Source: Bacteriovoracia bacterium (GTDB lineage: Bacteria; Bdellovibrionota; UBA1018; JBFWNL01). Taken from it: a DNA stretch of 64,000 nucleotides. Below, one piece after another: positions 36,763 through 46,465 of the stretch (position 1 is the first letter of the stretch; each line of letters starts with the position of its first letter). The notes under the pieces are model-generated. The model was not told the DNA's origin. It searched no databases and saw nothing but the letters and a program-made list of their open reading frames with translations. The stretch lies in assembly GCA_050251055.1 (NCBI GenBank), contig JBFWNL010000001.1, forward strand, positions 612,449 to 676,448, in the 5' to 3' direction. Both the position numbers and the translations under genes were made by a program.

Positions 36763-38130
36763 TCAGTTTTCGGGTTTTTGCTCGCGAGGCTGCTTTTCGA
36801 GCTTGCGGTAAATCGTGCGGGAATTCACGCCTAGGATCTTGGCGGCCATGTTCTTGTCGCCCTCGGTCGCCTCCAGCGTCTTGCGGATCAATAACTCTTC
36901 CACTTCCCAGAGCGGGGTGCCGAACGGCACACGGATGTCCTCGCCACGTACTGCCTCACCGGGCTGCGCGCGCAGGTGCGAGGGCAGATCCTCGGGCTGA
37001 AGCTCCTGGGTTTGCGCCAAAACGACCGCGCGCTCGATTACGTTCGCCAGCTCACGCACATTGCCGGGCCAGGGGTGGCGGGTGAGCACGGCCATCGCTT
37101 CGGGGCTAATACCCCGGACGGCCTTTCCGTGGCGTTGATTCGCGGCTTCTATGAAAGAAGACGCCAGCGTCGGCAGATCTTCGGTGCGTGCCCGCAGAGC
37201 GGGGGTTTGGATCTCAATCACGTCCAAACGAAAGAGCAGGTCCTGGCGGAAGGTTCCCGCCTGGACCATCGCCTTCAGATCACGATGAGTGGCAGCGAGC
37301 AGCCGCACGTTCACCTTCTGCGCGATGGTCGCGCCCACGCGGCGCACTTCGCCCTCCTGGATTGCGCGTAGAAGCTTCGCCTGCAGCGAAAGCGGCATGT
37401 CGCCAATTTCATCCAGGAAAAGAGTACCGCCGTCGGCGCTCTCGAAAAGTCCGGGCCGTGCGGCCGCGGCGCCCGTGAAAGCGCCCTTCTCGTGCCCGAA
37501 TAACTCAGACTCCATCAGATGTTCCGGGATAGCTGCGCAGTTGAGCGCGATAAACGGTCGATCCGCTCGCGTGCCCAGGCGATGAATCGACTGAGCAACG
37601 AGCTCCTTACCCGTCCCGCTCTCCCCAAAAATGAGGACCGTAAGCTCCGCTTGCGCCACCTGGGTTACCAGCCGTTTGAGTTCGGAAATGGCCGGCGACT
37701 GGCCCGTGATCCGATCCAATGGGGAAGCTCCCACGGCGGCCACATTTTCCACCTTCAACCCCCGGGTCGCCGACTCGACCGCATCCAACAACGCTTGGCG
37801 CTTAAAAGGCTTCGTCAGGAAATCCACCGCGCCGAGCTTCATCGCCCATACCGCGTCTTCTACTTGCCCGAAGGCCGTCATCAAAATTACCGGCACTTCC
37901 CGCGCGCAAATCGTGATCGCCTTGAGAAACTCCAGCCCCCCCAACCGCGGCATGCGCACGTCGGAGATCACCGCGTGGTACGGAAAGGTGCGGGAAGCTT
38001 GAACCTTCTCGAGCGCTTCCTGACCATCCACAGCCCGCTCTACCGCGTGTCCCGCGATTTCCAGAATGCGCGCCATGGAGTCCAAAGCCTGGGGATCGTC
38101 ATCTACCAGTAGGATTCGCTTCATCGTCAT
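36763..38130 (-). CDS. Sigma-54-dependent response regulator (NtrC/NtrX family).
   Basis: Receiver domain (LLVDDDP...D). AAA+ core GESGTGKELVAQSIH. GAFTGA motif (EKGAFTGAAAARPG). C-terminal Fis-type HTH. Confidence 0.85.
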   Translation of the reverse strand: MTMKRILLVDDDPQALDSMARILEIAGHAVERAVDGQEALEKVQASRTFPYHAVISDVRMPRLGGLEFLKAITICAREVPVILMTAFGQVEDAVWAMKLGAVDFLTKPFKRQALLDAVESATRGLKVENVAAVGASPLDRITGQSPAISELKRLVTQVAQAELTVLIFGESGTGKELVAQSIHRLGTRADRPFIALNCAAIPEHLMESELFGHEKGAFTGAAAARPGLFESADGGTLFLDEIGDMPLSLQAKLLRAIQEGEVRRVGATIAQKVNVRLLAATHRDLKAMVQAGTFRQDLLFRLDVIEIQTPALRARTEDLPTLASSFIEAANQRHGKAVRGISPEAMAVLTRHPWPGNVRELANVIERAVVLAQTQELQPEDLPSHLRAQPGEAVRGEDIRVPFGTPLWEVEELLIRKTLEATEGDKNMAAKILGVNSRTIYRKLEKQPREQKPEN

Positions 38131-38131
38131 C

Positions 38132-40177
38132 TTAACCTTCGATTACCGCTTCCGGGGGAACCTGCGGACGCCCCAAAGCCGCGGCCTGGGAAACGGCTGC
38201 GGGCAAGACCATCAGGAAACGCGCCCCCCCTTCTGGACCAGGAGCGTAGGTAACCTCGCCGCCTTGCTCTTCCATCACGCGCTTCACGAACGATAGCCCC
38301 AAGCCCGTACCGTTGGCGCGGCTGGTTTGAAATGGCTGAAATAGCTTTATCTGCATCGCTTCCGACACCCCGGGCCCGTTGTCCTCAAGGCAGATCCAAA
38401 CCTTGCCGCTATCGGTGCCACCCATCCGCCAAGTAACACGCTTTTCCACGATCCCGGCCTCCTGCATCGCCTGCAGGGAATTGCGCAGCAGGTTTCCCAA
38501 CGCCTGCTCGAAGAGATCACGATCGATACTCACGATCAGGTCGGCGCCCGGCTCGCGATGCCACTCCGACCGCACCTCCAGGCTCTGCAAAGTGGTCGCG
38601 TAGGTCGCGAGGACCCCTTCGAGTACCACGCCGAGATCCACGATCTGCTTCTTGCCGGACGAAAGGCGCGATAACTTCAAGTAATTTTCCGTGATTTTAT
38701 CCAAGCGCTCGACGGACGCCAGGATTGACTGAATCGATTGTTTCAGGAAGCTTTTCTGGGATACCGCATCGACTTTCTGGGCCGCCTCTAAGGCCATCTC
38801 GGCCTCGAGCCCGATCGAATGCAGCGGGTTCCGCACTTCGTGCGCAACCTGGGCGGAAAGACGGCCTACCGCCGCCAGGTTCTCGGCGAGCTGCAAACGC
38901 CGCTGCAAATCCTGTTCTTCAGTCACATCCTCCAGTACTAAAATCGCTCCCGAAGATGGATCCGCCTGCCCCGCCGAGTTCGACTGCAGCGGCATGAGGC
39001 TTCCGCCGTAGATCCGATCCCCGGTTTCGATCGGTGCAAAGCGCAGCGGGGCACGCAAATTCGCGATCTTCTCCCGCCACGATTCCGGCGCGCAGGCTTT
39101 ATCCAGGAACGCGGCGAGCTTGGGCCAGCTGTCCAACGGTTTACCGATTACTCCGTGTCCCAGCACCCCGCTGCCCAGCCAAGCCGTCGCCGCCGGATTA
39201 CATTGGGTCACCCGCCCCGCGGGGTCGGTCACGAAAAGCGCCGACTTGATGCTAGTCAGAATATTCTCGTTCAACCCACCCATCTCGCGCAGCTGCTCGT
39301 TTTGCTCGGCTAACCGCGTCTGCTGGGTTTCGACCGTTTTCTCCCGCTCCCAAAGGGTATGGGTCATGCGCTGGAACTCGCGGGCCAGGTGGCTCACCTC
39401 ATCGTCGCGCGCGGTGGAAATAAACGGAAGCGTGCTTTTGTCTTCCTTGCGTAACCCGCGCGTCGCGATGTCGCGTGCGAGCCTCGTTAGCTCCGCGAGC
39501 GGACGCAGGGCGCGCTCACCAAACCAGAACAGCAAGAGTGACAAAGCCATGATCAGGATCAAGATTCCCTGCAAACCCGTACGTAGGCTACTTACGCGCG
39601 CGTCGGCGTTCCCAAAAGTGCGGCGAAGCGAGTTATCTGACTCACTCAGCCCCCATTTCAGCTGGCGGTTCCACTCCGACATATCGGAAAGCCACTGCGG
39701 GTAAAGACGGGCTGCCGCCTCTTCATTCTTCTGCTCGAGCGCTTGGTAAAGCTGCGACGCCGCCCGCTTGAGCCGCGCAAACCCCAGCCCCAGCTCGCGT
39801 GCCCACTCCTTCCACTGCGCGCGAATCTCTTCCGGCGCCCAGTCGATGTCCTGATTCAAAGTCTTTTCGAGCTGCTTGATCTCCGTCTCGAGCAAGTCGG
39901 TAATCCAAAGCGGAATGGCCTGCGGCTTCCAATGAGGATCGTTCCAGTGCGAGTAACCTAAGCGGCGCTCCATCTCGCGGCGCAGGACTTCCGAATCCGA
40001 TTTCAACTGGCCCAACGTGCGCCCCAGGGGAACGGAAACCCGATTGATCGCGGTGAGCGAGCGGTTCACGTCGGTGACGTGAAAGAGGCTCATGGCCGAA
40101 CCCGCGAAAGACAGCAGCATGAGCGCGAAAACGGCGAATAGGATGCGCTGCCGCAATGTGGTGCGAGGCGAACTCAT
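38132..40177 (-). CDS. Sensor histidine kinase (NtrY-like) with a periplasmic sensor, HAMP, PAS, HisKA and HATPase_c domains.
   Basis: Two TM segments flank a ~190-aa periplasmic region. H-box AHEVRNPLHSIG. G-box NGTGLGLSFVKRV. Its stop overlaps the response-regulator start. Confidence 0.8.
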   Translation of the reverse strand: MSSPRTTLRQRILFAVFALMLLSFAGSAMSLFHVTDVNRSLTAINRVSVPLGRTLGQLKSDSEVLRREMERRLGYSHWNDPHWKPQAIPLWITDLLETEIKQLEKTLNQDIDWAPEEIRAQWKEWARELGLGFARLKRAASQLYQALEQKNEEAAARLYPQWLSDMSEWNRQLKWGLSESDNSLRRTFGNADARVSSLRTGLQGILILIMALSLLLFWFGERALRPLAELTRLARDIATRGLRKEDKSTLPFISTARDDEVSHLAREFQRMTHTLWEREKTVETQQTRLAEQNEQLREMGGLNENILTSIKSALFVTDPAGRVTQCNPAATAWLGSGVLGHGVIGKPLDSWPKLAAFLDKACAPESWREKIANLRAPLRFAPIETGDRIYGGSLMPLQSNSAGQADPSSGAILVLEDVTEEQDLQRRLQLAENLAAVGRLSAQVAHEVRNPLHSIGLEAEMALEAAQKVDAVSQKSFLKQSIQSILASVERLDKITENYLKLSRLSSGKKQIVDLGVVLEGVLATYATTLQSLEVRSEWHREPGADLIVSIDRDLFEQALGNLLRNSLQAMQEAGIVEKRVTWRMGGTDSGKVWICLEDNGPGVSEAMQIKLFQPFQTSRANGTGLGLSFVKRVMEEQGGEVTYAPGPEGGARFLMVLPAAVSQAAALGRPQVPPEAVIEG

Positions 40178-40219
40178 TCTAATAAGGAATATACCCGATT
40201 CGCACGGTTTCAGCTAATA

Positions 40220-41398
40220 TTGGACGCCATGAACAAACGTCTCGGGCTCGTCGTGGTCTTATTCATTCTCGCGATTTTAGCTGTCGTTTTTTTGACGCCG
40301 CTTCGCGGCAAGTTCTTCAAGTCCGAGGTGATCGTCGCGGTGCTCGACACGGGCGTCGACACCCAAGCGGGATTAAACGACCGGTTGTTACAAGTGAACG
40401 GACGGTACGGCTGGAACTTCGTCGAAGGAAATGCGGTGACCGAGGATCTGAGCGAGCAGAAGCACGGCACCCTCGTGGCGAAGGCGATTGCCCTCGCCGA
40501 CCCGAAGATTAAGCTCCTCATCGTCCGCGTCGCTCAACACGGCGGAGGTACGGGCGATGGCTTCGCAAAGGGCGTGCATTACGGCCTTGAACACGGCGCG
40601 GACGTGATCAACATCTCTTCAGGACTCGTCTATCACACCCCCGAAATGGATGCGGCGGTCGCCGCCGCCGCCACGCGCGGTGTACCCATCGTCACCGCGG
40701 CGGGGGTAGGCGTGCCGAACCCGTTCGCACCGGTGGCGCTCAGCCAAATGTACCCGCAAGCCTATCCGGGCGTGATCGTCGTCGGTAAAGCGCTGGGCAC
40801 GAACCAACCGGATATCATCTCCAACTTCGGCCCCGCTTTGGACGTCGTGGTCGCGCCATTGCCCAACGGCAACTACTTGCCCGAGGAAATAAACTCACAT
40901 GGCTCGAGCTTCGCGGCCGCAATCGTCTCCGGTGCCGTGGCCAAGTACCGGCTTGCGCACCCATCGGCCGCACCTGCCGAGATCCGCGCGGCGCTTCGCC
41001 ACAGCACCATCCCCCCCTACTTTCGCGAAGAAGACCGCGCGAAGCTCGATCGACTGGGTTCGGGCACCGCCCGCTTGGTGGAATTCCAAAAGATACCGAA
41101 CGACGGGTATTTTGCGCGCATGGGGCAGAACCCATTCACCCTGAAACACGAGATCGAAATCAACTCCTCAGAAGCGCTCCAGGGAGCGAAGGGAACCTAC
41201 GAATGCGCGCCCGACGCGACCCCGCGACCGGCGGGCGAACTCGAGCTGCTCAGCGTGGCGCCGGCGAATCCCGAAAAAGGCCGGCTGCATTACGTGGTAG
41301 CGGATTTCCCCCAGAAAACTCAAGGCTGCAAAATAAAACTGGCGCTCACTCCCGTTTCCGGGGGCGAGCGCCAGCTCTCGATTACTTTGGCTAACTAA
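40220..41398 (+). CDS. Subtilisin-like serine peptidase (S8 family) with an N-terminal signal/anchor.
   Basis: Catalytic triad contexts VAVLDTGVD (Asp), HGTLVA (His) and GSSFAAAIVSGA (Ser). Confidence 0.75.
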   Translation: MDAMNKRLGLVVVLFILAILAVVFLTPLRGKFFKSEVIVAVLDTGVDTQAGLNDRLLQVNGRYGWNFVEGNAVTEDLSEQKHGTLVAKAIALADPKIKLLIVRVAQHGGGTGDGFAKGVHYGLEHGADVINISSGLVYHTPEMDAAVAAAATRGVPIVTAAGVGVPNPFAPVALSQMYPQAYPGVIVVGKALGTNQPDIISNFGPALDVVVAPLPNGNYLPEEINSHGSSFAAAIVSGAVAKYRLAHPSAAPAEIRAALRHSTIPPYFREEDRAKLDRLGSGTARLVEFQKIPNDGYFARMGQNPFTLKHEIEINSSEALQGAKGTYECAPDATPRPAGELELLSVAPANPEKGRLHYVVADFPQKTQGCKIKLALTPVSGGERQLSITLAN

Positions 41399-44300
41399 TT
41401 AAAGGACCGACTTGCCGTCTTCGTCGGTGACGGTGTCACCGAGGTCGAACTCAAGGGCCGTGCCGGCCTTGACGTCTTTCTTTTCCTTCTTGAGCTTGGA
41501 CTCGAGCTCGTCGAAAGCCTTCGTCAGGTTCTTGAACGTCGACACGTAAGCGTCGCCCGTCGTGGCGAACGGACCGACGTAGTAGACCTCCTGACGAATC
41601 TGACGGATCACCGGCTGGAATTTCACCAAGCTCATGCGGACCGTCTCGTTGTGGACGCTGTTCAAGGCTTCCGTCACGAACTTCACGAGCAACGAACGCT
41701 GCTTGCGTTTGTCGTCGCGGAAGATGGACTTCTTATCTTCCTTCGACTTCTTCTTGCCTTCGGCAATCCAGTAGTCATCCATCGCTTCCTGGTTGAGCAT
41801 GTGCACCAGCGAACGACCCGTAACTCCCTTCACGGCTTGGTTGCCCGAAGTCAGCGTGCCGATGTAGGCGGCGAGCGTTTCCTCGAACGACTGCGTGACG
41901 AGCGCGAAGGTCGCGATGCGGTTAGCAATGCCCTGCACGGAGCGGTCACGATTGTTCGTATCCACGCCGACCGAGAACGGCTTCAGATCGGTCAACTCGC
42001 GCGTGCTCGGACGGCTGAGCGCCATGCCTTCCACGGTGCGGGTATTGACCCAATCCGTCGCCTTGACACGGCTGATGCCGGCGCCAACTTGCGTTTCGCT
42101 TCCGCCGAAGGACAGGTTCGCGTAGAGCTTACCGCCGGCCTTCACGTAGGCTTCGAGCGCGTTACCGAGCTCGGCGTCCATCGCGCCGGTGACTTCCGGC
42201 AGGATGATCATCTTACCCGCGTACTTAGACACGATCGCTTGCTTCGTGACGTTCGTGGGGATCCCCAGATCCAGGATATCGAGCGGCATGCCCGACGCCT
42301 GAATGATGCGTTCGGCGGAATTCATGAGATCGCGATTCGCGACGATCAGGAGACCCGCAGAACCCGGGTTGTACTCCCAGGACTTGGTGCTGTTGACCGT
42401 GAAGCGGCTGAGACCCAGCAACCAGTTGCCTTCGAAGACCTGGACTTGGAACGAGAGTTCCTTACCCGCGTTCGCCTTCGGAACCGTGAGGCTCAAGGTG
42501 GCGTTACGCACTTCGTTGACGGCGATATTGCCGATGAGCACGTCGTTCTTCACCACGGTCGAAAGACCATCGAGCGAAACCATGCGGACCATCACCGACT
42601 TGGCCGAAGCCTTGTTGCTGACGTTCTTCACGGAAATCGTGGCGGTGGTTTCTTCCTCCGCGGTCACGAGATTCTTCACCGCGACCTGCGGCACGCTGTA
42701 CGGGTAGCTCACCGTGAAGCGTAGCTCTTGGTTCATGAGCTGGACGTTGCGGCGGCTAGTGCGGCCATCTTCTTCAAGCACGGCGATGTTGGCGTCGACC
42801 GTGATCTGCAGAGATTGCCGAGAACCGATCGCGACATCTTGCGGAATCTGGAAAGGCAGGAGACCCGTCACCGTGGAGCGGGACTGGCTCGGGAGCGCGA
42901 CCAGGTCCGTCTCGGTGGCGTTCATGAGAATGCCGTTCGAGAGCAGCTTGACCCGCACTTTCACCGGTTGGTCCTGCGAGACTTTGCCGTAGTTTTTCAT
43001 CACGAGCTGGATCGATCCGGTTTCACCCGGGGCAAACACGGCGTCGCCGTTGTCTTCCACGATGCTCACCGCTTCGGCTTGCATCACCGCGAAGCCGTTG
43101 AAGTAGCTGGTCGCGATATCGGATCCCTTCTGCTTGGCCTTACCCAAGAAGTCGGTGTAGTGATCGCTGTAGCCCTTCGCAATACCGTCGGCTTTGCCGT
43201 CGGCGATCGCTTGGGTGCGACCTTGATTGTAGCCTTCCAGGCTGCCGCCGCTGCCGGTCACGCGGCCTTGGGCATCCACGGTGACCGAACCCTTACCACG
43301 GACAACGGCACCGGGATAAACTTGGCCGTAACGGATGTCACGCACCCGAGCTTCTTCGGCTTGGTAGGCGGCGGATTTTTCCGCCGCGTAAATCACCACG
43401 CCGGTTTGCGGGTCCTGCACGCGGGCAACCGCGCCTTGGTTACGAACCGCGTTCTGGTACTGCGTGTAATCCGGAGTGCCTTGGGCATCGTACGTGATCA
43501 GGTTCATCCACTGCTCGTAGGACGAGCTCCGGGCCTGTTCAAACACGATCGGGAACGTCGCATTGAACTGGCGCCAGAAAGCGGTGCGCGCGAACTCTAC
43601 GAAGTGAAAATCGTACGAGTCGTAGTACGCGTCCGCGACCTCATCGCTAAGGTAGCCGTAGTGGCGAACCGGCTGGTACTCACCCGCCGAGCGGAAGTCC
43701 GGCTCGCCGAAAGCTTGGGAAATCGCGCCGGGAACTTCGGGACCGCCGTCGTTGGCGATGGTCACGTTCTTCAGCGGAACGTTGTAGAAATCGCGCTCCG
43801 TCGCGCGACGACCTTCAGGGATGCCTACGCGGTTCGCTTCGTTCTGGGCGTTCTGCTTGCCGGCTGGGTAGCCTTCCAGCTGATCGTTGTAGCCTTGGTT
43901 ATATTCGCCGTACTTGCGGCCATCGGAGCGCCCGATCGGGTACTGCTCATTGCGACCAGAGGTGCGGCCAGCCGCCTCACCGTCACGGTTCGCTTCGCTC
44001 TCGCCGCGATTCCAACCCACGGGGCCGCCTTCGCGGAAGCCGTCGATCTGGCCTTGGGCTTGGTCACGGCCCCAGAGGGAGCCTTGCTCGCCACCCATCT
44101 GGTTGCCGTAGCTGATCCCCCAGCTCGTGCCGACCGCCGCACCGGGAGCCGCGGCATCGTCGCGGCCGAACTGAGCGGCCAAGCGCTTGGCTTCGCGGAT
44201 GTTCTCGTTCACTTGGCGAACGTTGGCTTCCGCTTCGTCCGATTCGCGCTTGAGATTCGCCACACCTTCGGCGCTGCGATCGCGCTGGGCCTTGGCTTCG

Positions 44301-45688
44301 TCACGCAGCTGCTTCTTGGCGGCGACCTGAATCTCGGCCTGCGTCAACTCCGTGGTCTTCGCTTGCAAGAGGGTCTTGAGCTCGACTAGGCGGTTGGCGG
44401 CGGTGATCTTATTGTCCAAATCGGTGATGGCCGCGTTCGCCGCGTCCAGCTCGCCTTTGATCTGGTCCACTTCCGTTTTCTTAGTCTGGAAGGCATTCAC
44501 CGCGGCAGTTTCCGCGGCCTTCGTGGTTTGCACCGCGGTCTTAGCGGCAGCCACGGCGCTGTTCGCGTTGTTCACCTTCGTCGTCAGATCAAGCACCGCC
44601 TGATTGGCGGCGACGAGCTGCTGTTGAATGGTGGGTAGGGTCTTTTGGATTTCCGCGATGCGCGCGTTCACGCGCTGGGATTCCTGGTTCAACGTTTGGG
44701 CTTGGTGCTGGAGAGCCGCGAGCTTACGCTTAGCGGCGGCGAGCGCCTGCACGAGCGCCGGGTCCGGCTTGGTGGAATCCGTCGCCTTGATCTTCTCTTC
44801 CAATGCGGCGATTTCCTTCGTCGTGGCGTCTTGCGCTTCTTTATTTTTTTGCATTTCGCCGGGAATAGCCTTCTGGCGCTCGACCAAGGTCGCTAGCTCC
44901 GGCCCCATTTGATTGGCCTGATTTTGAAGCTCGGTCACCTTGGCCTGGGCGGCAGTCAGCTTGCCCTGCAGGTCGGCGGCCGTCGCCTCCTTCGCGGTCA
45001 AGTCATCCTTAGCGGCCTTGGCGGCGGCCACGGCGTTGTCACGCGCGGTCTTAAGCGGCGCAAGCTGTCCGTTCACGAGATCGAATTGCCCCTTCTTTTG
45101 ATCGCGGGCAGAAACCGCGGCGGGACGACCCTGGCGCAAGGCTTGAAGGTGGTTGCGCAAGGCATTCAGCTCGGCCGGCAAACCTGGGTTTGCTTGGGTC
45201 ACCGTATTGATCTCGTTCGTCGAGTTCGTGATGGTGGTTTGGATCGCGTCGCGCGCGGCGGTCGCGTTGTTCAGCTCGTTTTGACGGCGCGTGAGGTCTT
45301 GATCCAAGCGAACGAGAGAGTCCTTCGCTTGGTCTAGGCGTTGATTCGCCACCTGGGCGCGACGGCGCGCGCCTTGCTCGTCGAGATCGTTACGGTCGAA
45401 GCGGCGTTGGATCTCGTCTCCATTGCGCATACGATCGTTGCCACCGAAGCGGTCACCGAAACGACGGCCGTTCTCGGCGCGGTCGCGCTCACGATTCCAG
45501 CGATCGCGCTCATTCCGTTCGCCCGGCAGGGGCCCGCGGCGGTCACCCAGACGATCAGCGCCCGGCAGTGGCACGGGGTGCGCAACCGGAGGTTTGCGAC
45601 CTGGGCGCGTCGGCGGGTCGGCTAAACCAGCGACCGAGCTAAGCACCATTACTGCACTGAGCACCAAACTGAGCTTTTTCATTTTCAT
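41399..45688 (-). CDS. Giant (1429 aa) secreted protein with a ~450-aa Ala/Gln-rich coiled coil and beta-rich (Ig/CARDB-like) C-terminal domains.
   Basis: Signal peptide MKMKKLSLVLSAVMVLSSVAGLA. Arg/Asp/Glu-rich spacer. Heptad-like A/Q/L/K region at residues ~110-560. A Gly/Asn/Tyr-rich linker, then beta-type segments (VKVRVKLLSNG..., ISVKNVSN...). Confidence 0.65.
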   Translation of the reverse strand: MKMKKLSLVLSAVMVLSSVAGLADPPTRPGRKPPVAHPVPLPGADRLGDRRGPLPGERNERDRWNRERDRAENGRRFGDRFGGNDRMRNGDEIQRRFDRNDLDEQGARRRAQVANQRLDQAKDSLVRLDQDLTRRQNELNNATAARDAIQTTITNSTNEINTVTQANPGLPAELNALRNHLQALRQGRPAAVSARDQKKGQFDLVNGQLAPLKTARDNAVAAAKAAKDDLTAKEATAADLQGKLTAAQAKVTELQNQANQMGPELATLVERQKAIPGEMQKNKEAQDATTKEIAALEEKIKATDSTKPDPALVQALAAAKRKLAALQHQAQTLNQESQRVNARIAEIQKTLPTIQQQLVAANQAVLDLTTKVNNANSAVAAAKTAVQTTKAAETAAVNAFQTKKTEVDQIKGELDAANAAITDLDNKITAANRLVELKTLLQAKTTELTQAEIQVAAKKQLRDEAKAQRDRSAEGVANLKRESDEAEANVRQVNENIREAKRLAAQFGRDDAAAPGAAVGTSWGISYGNQMGGEQGSLWGRDQAQGQIDGFREGGPVGWNRGESEANRDGEAAGRTSGRNEQYPIGRSDGRKYGEYNQGYNDQLEGYPAGKQNAQNEANRVGIPEGRRATERDFYNVPLKNVTIANDGGPEVPGAISQAFGEPDFRSAGEYQPVRHYGYLSDEVADAYYDSYDFHFVEFARTAFWRQFNATFPIVFEQARSSSYEQWMNLITYDAQGTPDYTQYQNAVRNQGAVARVQDPQTGVVIYAAEKSAAYQAEEARVRDIRYGQVYPGAVVRGKGSVTVDAQGRVTGSGGSLEGYNQGRTQAIADGKADGIAKGYSDHYTDFLGKAKQKGSDIATSYFNGFAVMQAEAVSIVEDNGDAVFAPGETGSIQLVMKNYGKVSQDQPVKVRVKLLSNGILMNATETDLVALPSQSRSTVTGLLPFQIPQDVAIGSRQSLQITVDANIAVLEEDGRTSRRNVQLMNQELRFTVSYPYSVPQVAVKNLVTAEEETTATISVKNVSNKASAKSVMVRMVSLDGLSTVVKNDVLIGNIAVNEVRNATLSLTVPKANAGKELSFQVQVFEGNWLLGLSRFTVNSTKSWEYNPGSAGLLIVANRDLMNSAERIIQASGMPLDILDLGIPTNVTKQAIVSKYAGKMIILPEVTGAMDAELGNALEAYVKAGGKLYANLSFGGSETQVGAGISRVKATDWVNTRTVEGMALSRPSTRELTDLKPFSVGVDTNNRDRSVQGIANRIATFALVTQSFEETLAAYIGTLTSGNQAVKGVTGRSLVHMLNQEAMDDYWIAEGKKKSKEDKKSIFRDDKRKQRSLLVKFVTEALNSVHNETVRMSLVKFQPVIRQIRQEVYYVGPFATTGDAYVSTFKNLTKAFDELESKLKKEKKDVKAGTALEFDLGDTVTDEDGKSVL

Positions 45689-45942
45689 GACTTTCGCGAT
45701 CCTTCGTTCTCGTTCGTTATAAAATCACGCGCCGCACCAAATGCATCTTCTGGACCGATTTGCAATTTCGGACCAAAACGGTGTTGTGACGCGTAGCGTT
45801 ATCTATCGAAACAACGAAGTTATGTCAAAAGAATCCTAATAGATAAGACAGAGTGGCTTAGTTTAATAAATAGACCATATGGAAGCGCAGCTAGGGCACC
45901 GCCTGGGTGCATAAAAGCAGAAAGATTTCCGGAAGATCAAAA

Positions 45943-46413
45943 TCAGTGCCTTTTCGGCACCAATTTATCCAACATCTCATTGAGGACAACCGCCACTTCG
46001 CGGAAGTCGTCTTCCTTACGCAGGTGCACGCGCGTGTCCACCTCGCCGTCCCGTACCTTCTCCATGACCTTTTTCATCTGGAACATAGGGCCGGCGGTGC
46101 GATGAGAAAACAGAAGAGCGACGCTGCACATGAGCACCATGAATACGATTGACCAAATCATCAGCTTCCAACCAAGCGAGTTTAGATACGCGATGGCGGT
46201 GTCCTTAACCTCGTTGGGGAGCGAGCTAATACGCACGAAAGCCTCAAAATCCCGCTGCACGTAAAGGTGAAACACGCTCGCATTCAAAATGACGAGCACG
46301 AGCCCGAGTACGGTCATCCAAAAAATGAATTTCAGCTGGTAACGCGGATTGATCAGTAAATTGCGCACTCGGCGGCCGGGATGTCTCCCGCCGGCTCTAT
46401 TTTCTTCGGTCAT
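45943..46413 (-). CDS. Small membrane protein with two TM segments and a HAMP-like domain only.
   Basis: TM segments FIFWMTVLGLVLVIL and LMIWSIVFMVLMCSVALLF, then GPMFQMKKVMEKVRDGEVDTRV...REVAVVLNEMLDKL, which is HAMP-like. No output domain. Confidence 0.5.
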   Translation of the reverse strand: MTEENRAGGRHPGRRVRNLLINPRYQLKFIFWMTVLGLVLVILNASVFHLYVQRDFEAFVRISSLPNEVKDTAIAYLNSLGWKLMIWSIVFMVLMCSVALLFSHRTAGPMFQMKKVMEKVRDGEVDTRVHLRKEDDFREVAVVLNEMLDKLVPKRH

Positions 46414-46465
46414 TTTCCGTCCCCCCGTATCTCCGTCTCTCGACTCGTCACCCGGGGCGAGGCGC

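Noticed and set aside
41390-41405. A possible shared terminator between the S8 protease and the giant gene.
   Set aside because: The two stop codons are directly adjacent (TAA|TTA), leaving no room for a hairpin. I treat this as a convergent-transcription junction rather than a terminator.
42728-44389. 553-aa plus-strand ORF (with the neighbouring 357-aa ORF at 41651..42724) inside the giant 1429-aa gene.
   Set aside because: Antisense shadow ORFs with Arg/Val/Gly-biased composition. The minus-strand protein has coherent domain structure.
45760-45785. TGGACC-GATT-TGCA, a sigma-54-like element near the giant gene's upstream region.
   Set aside because: The spacing is two nucleotides short, and it is on the wrong strand for the minus-strand gene.
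45907-46152. 81-aa plus-strand ORF.
   Set aside because: It is fully antisense to the TM-HAMP gene. It is His-rich low-complexity sequence.
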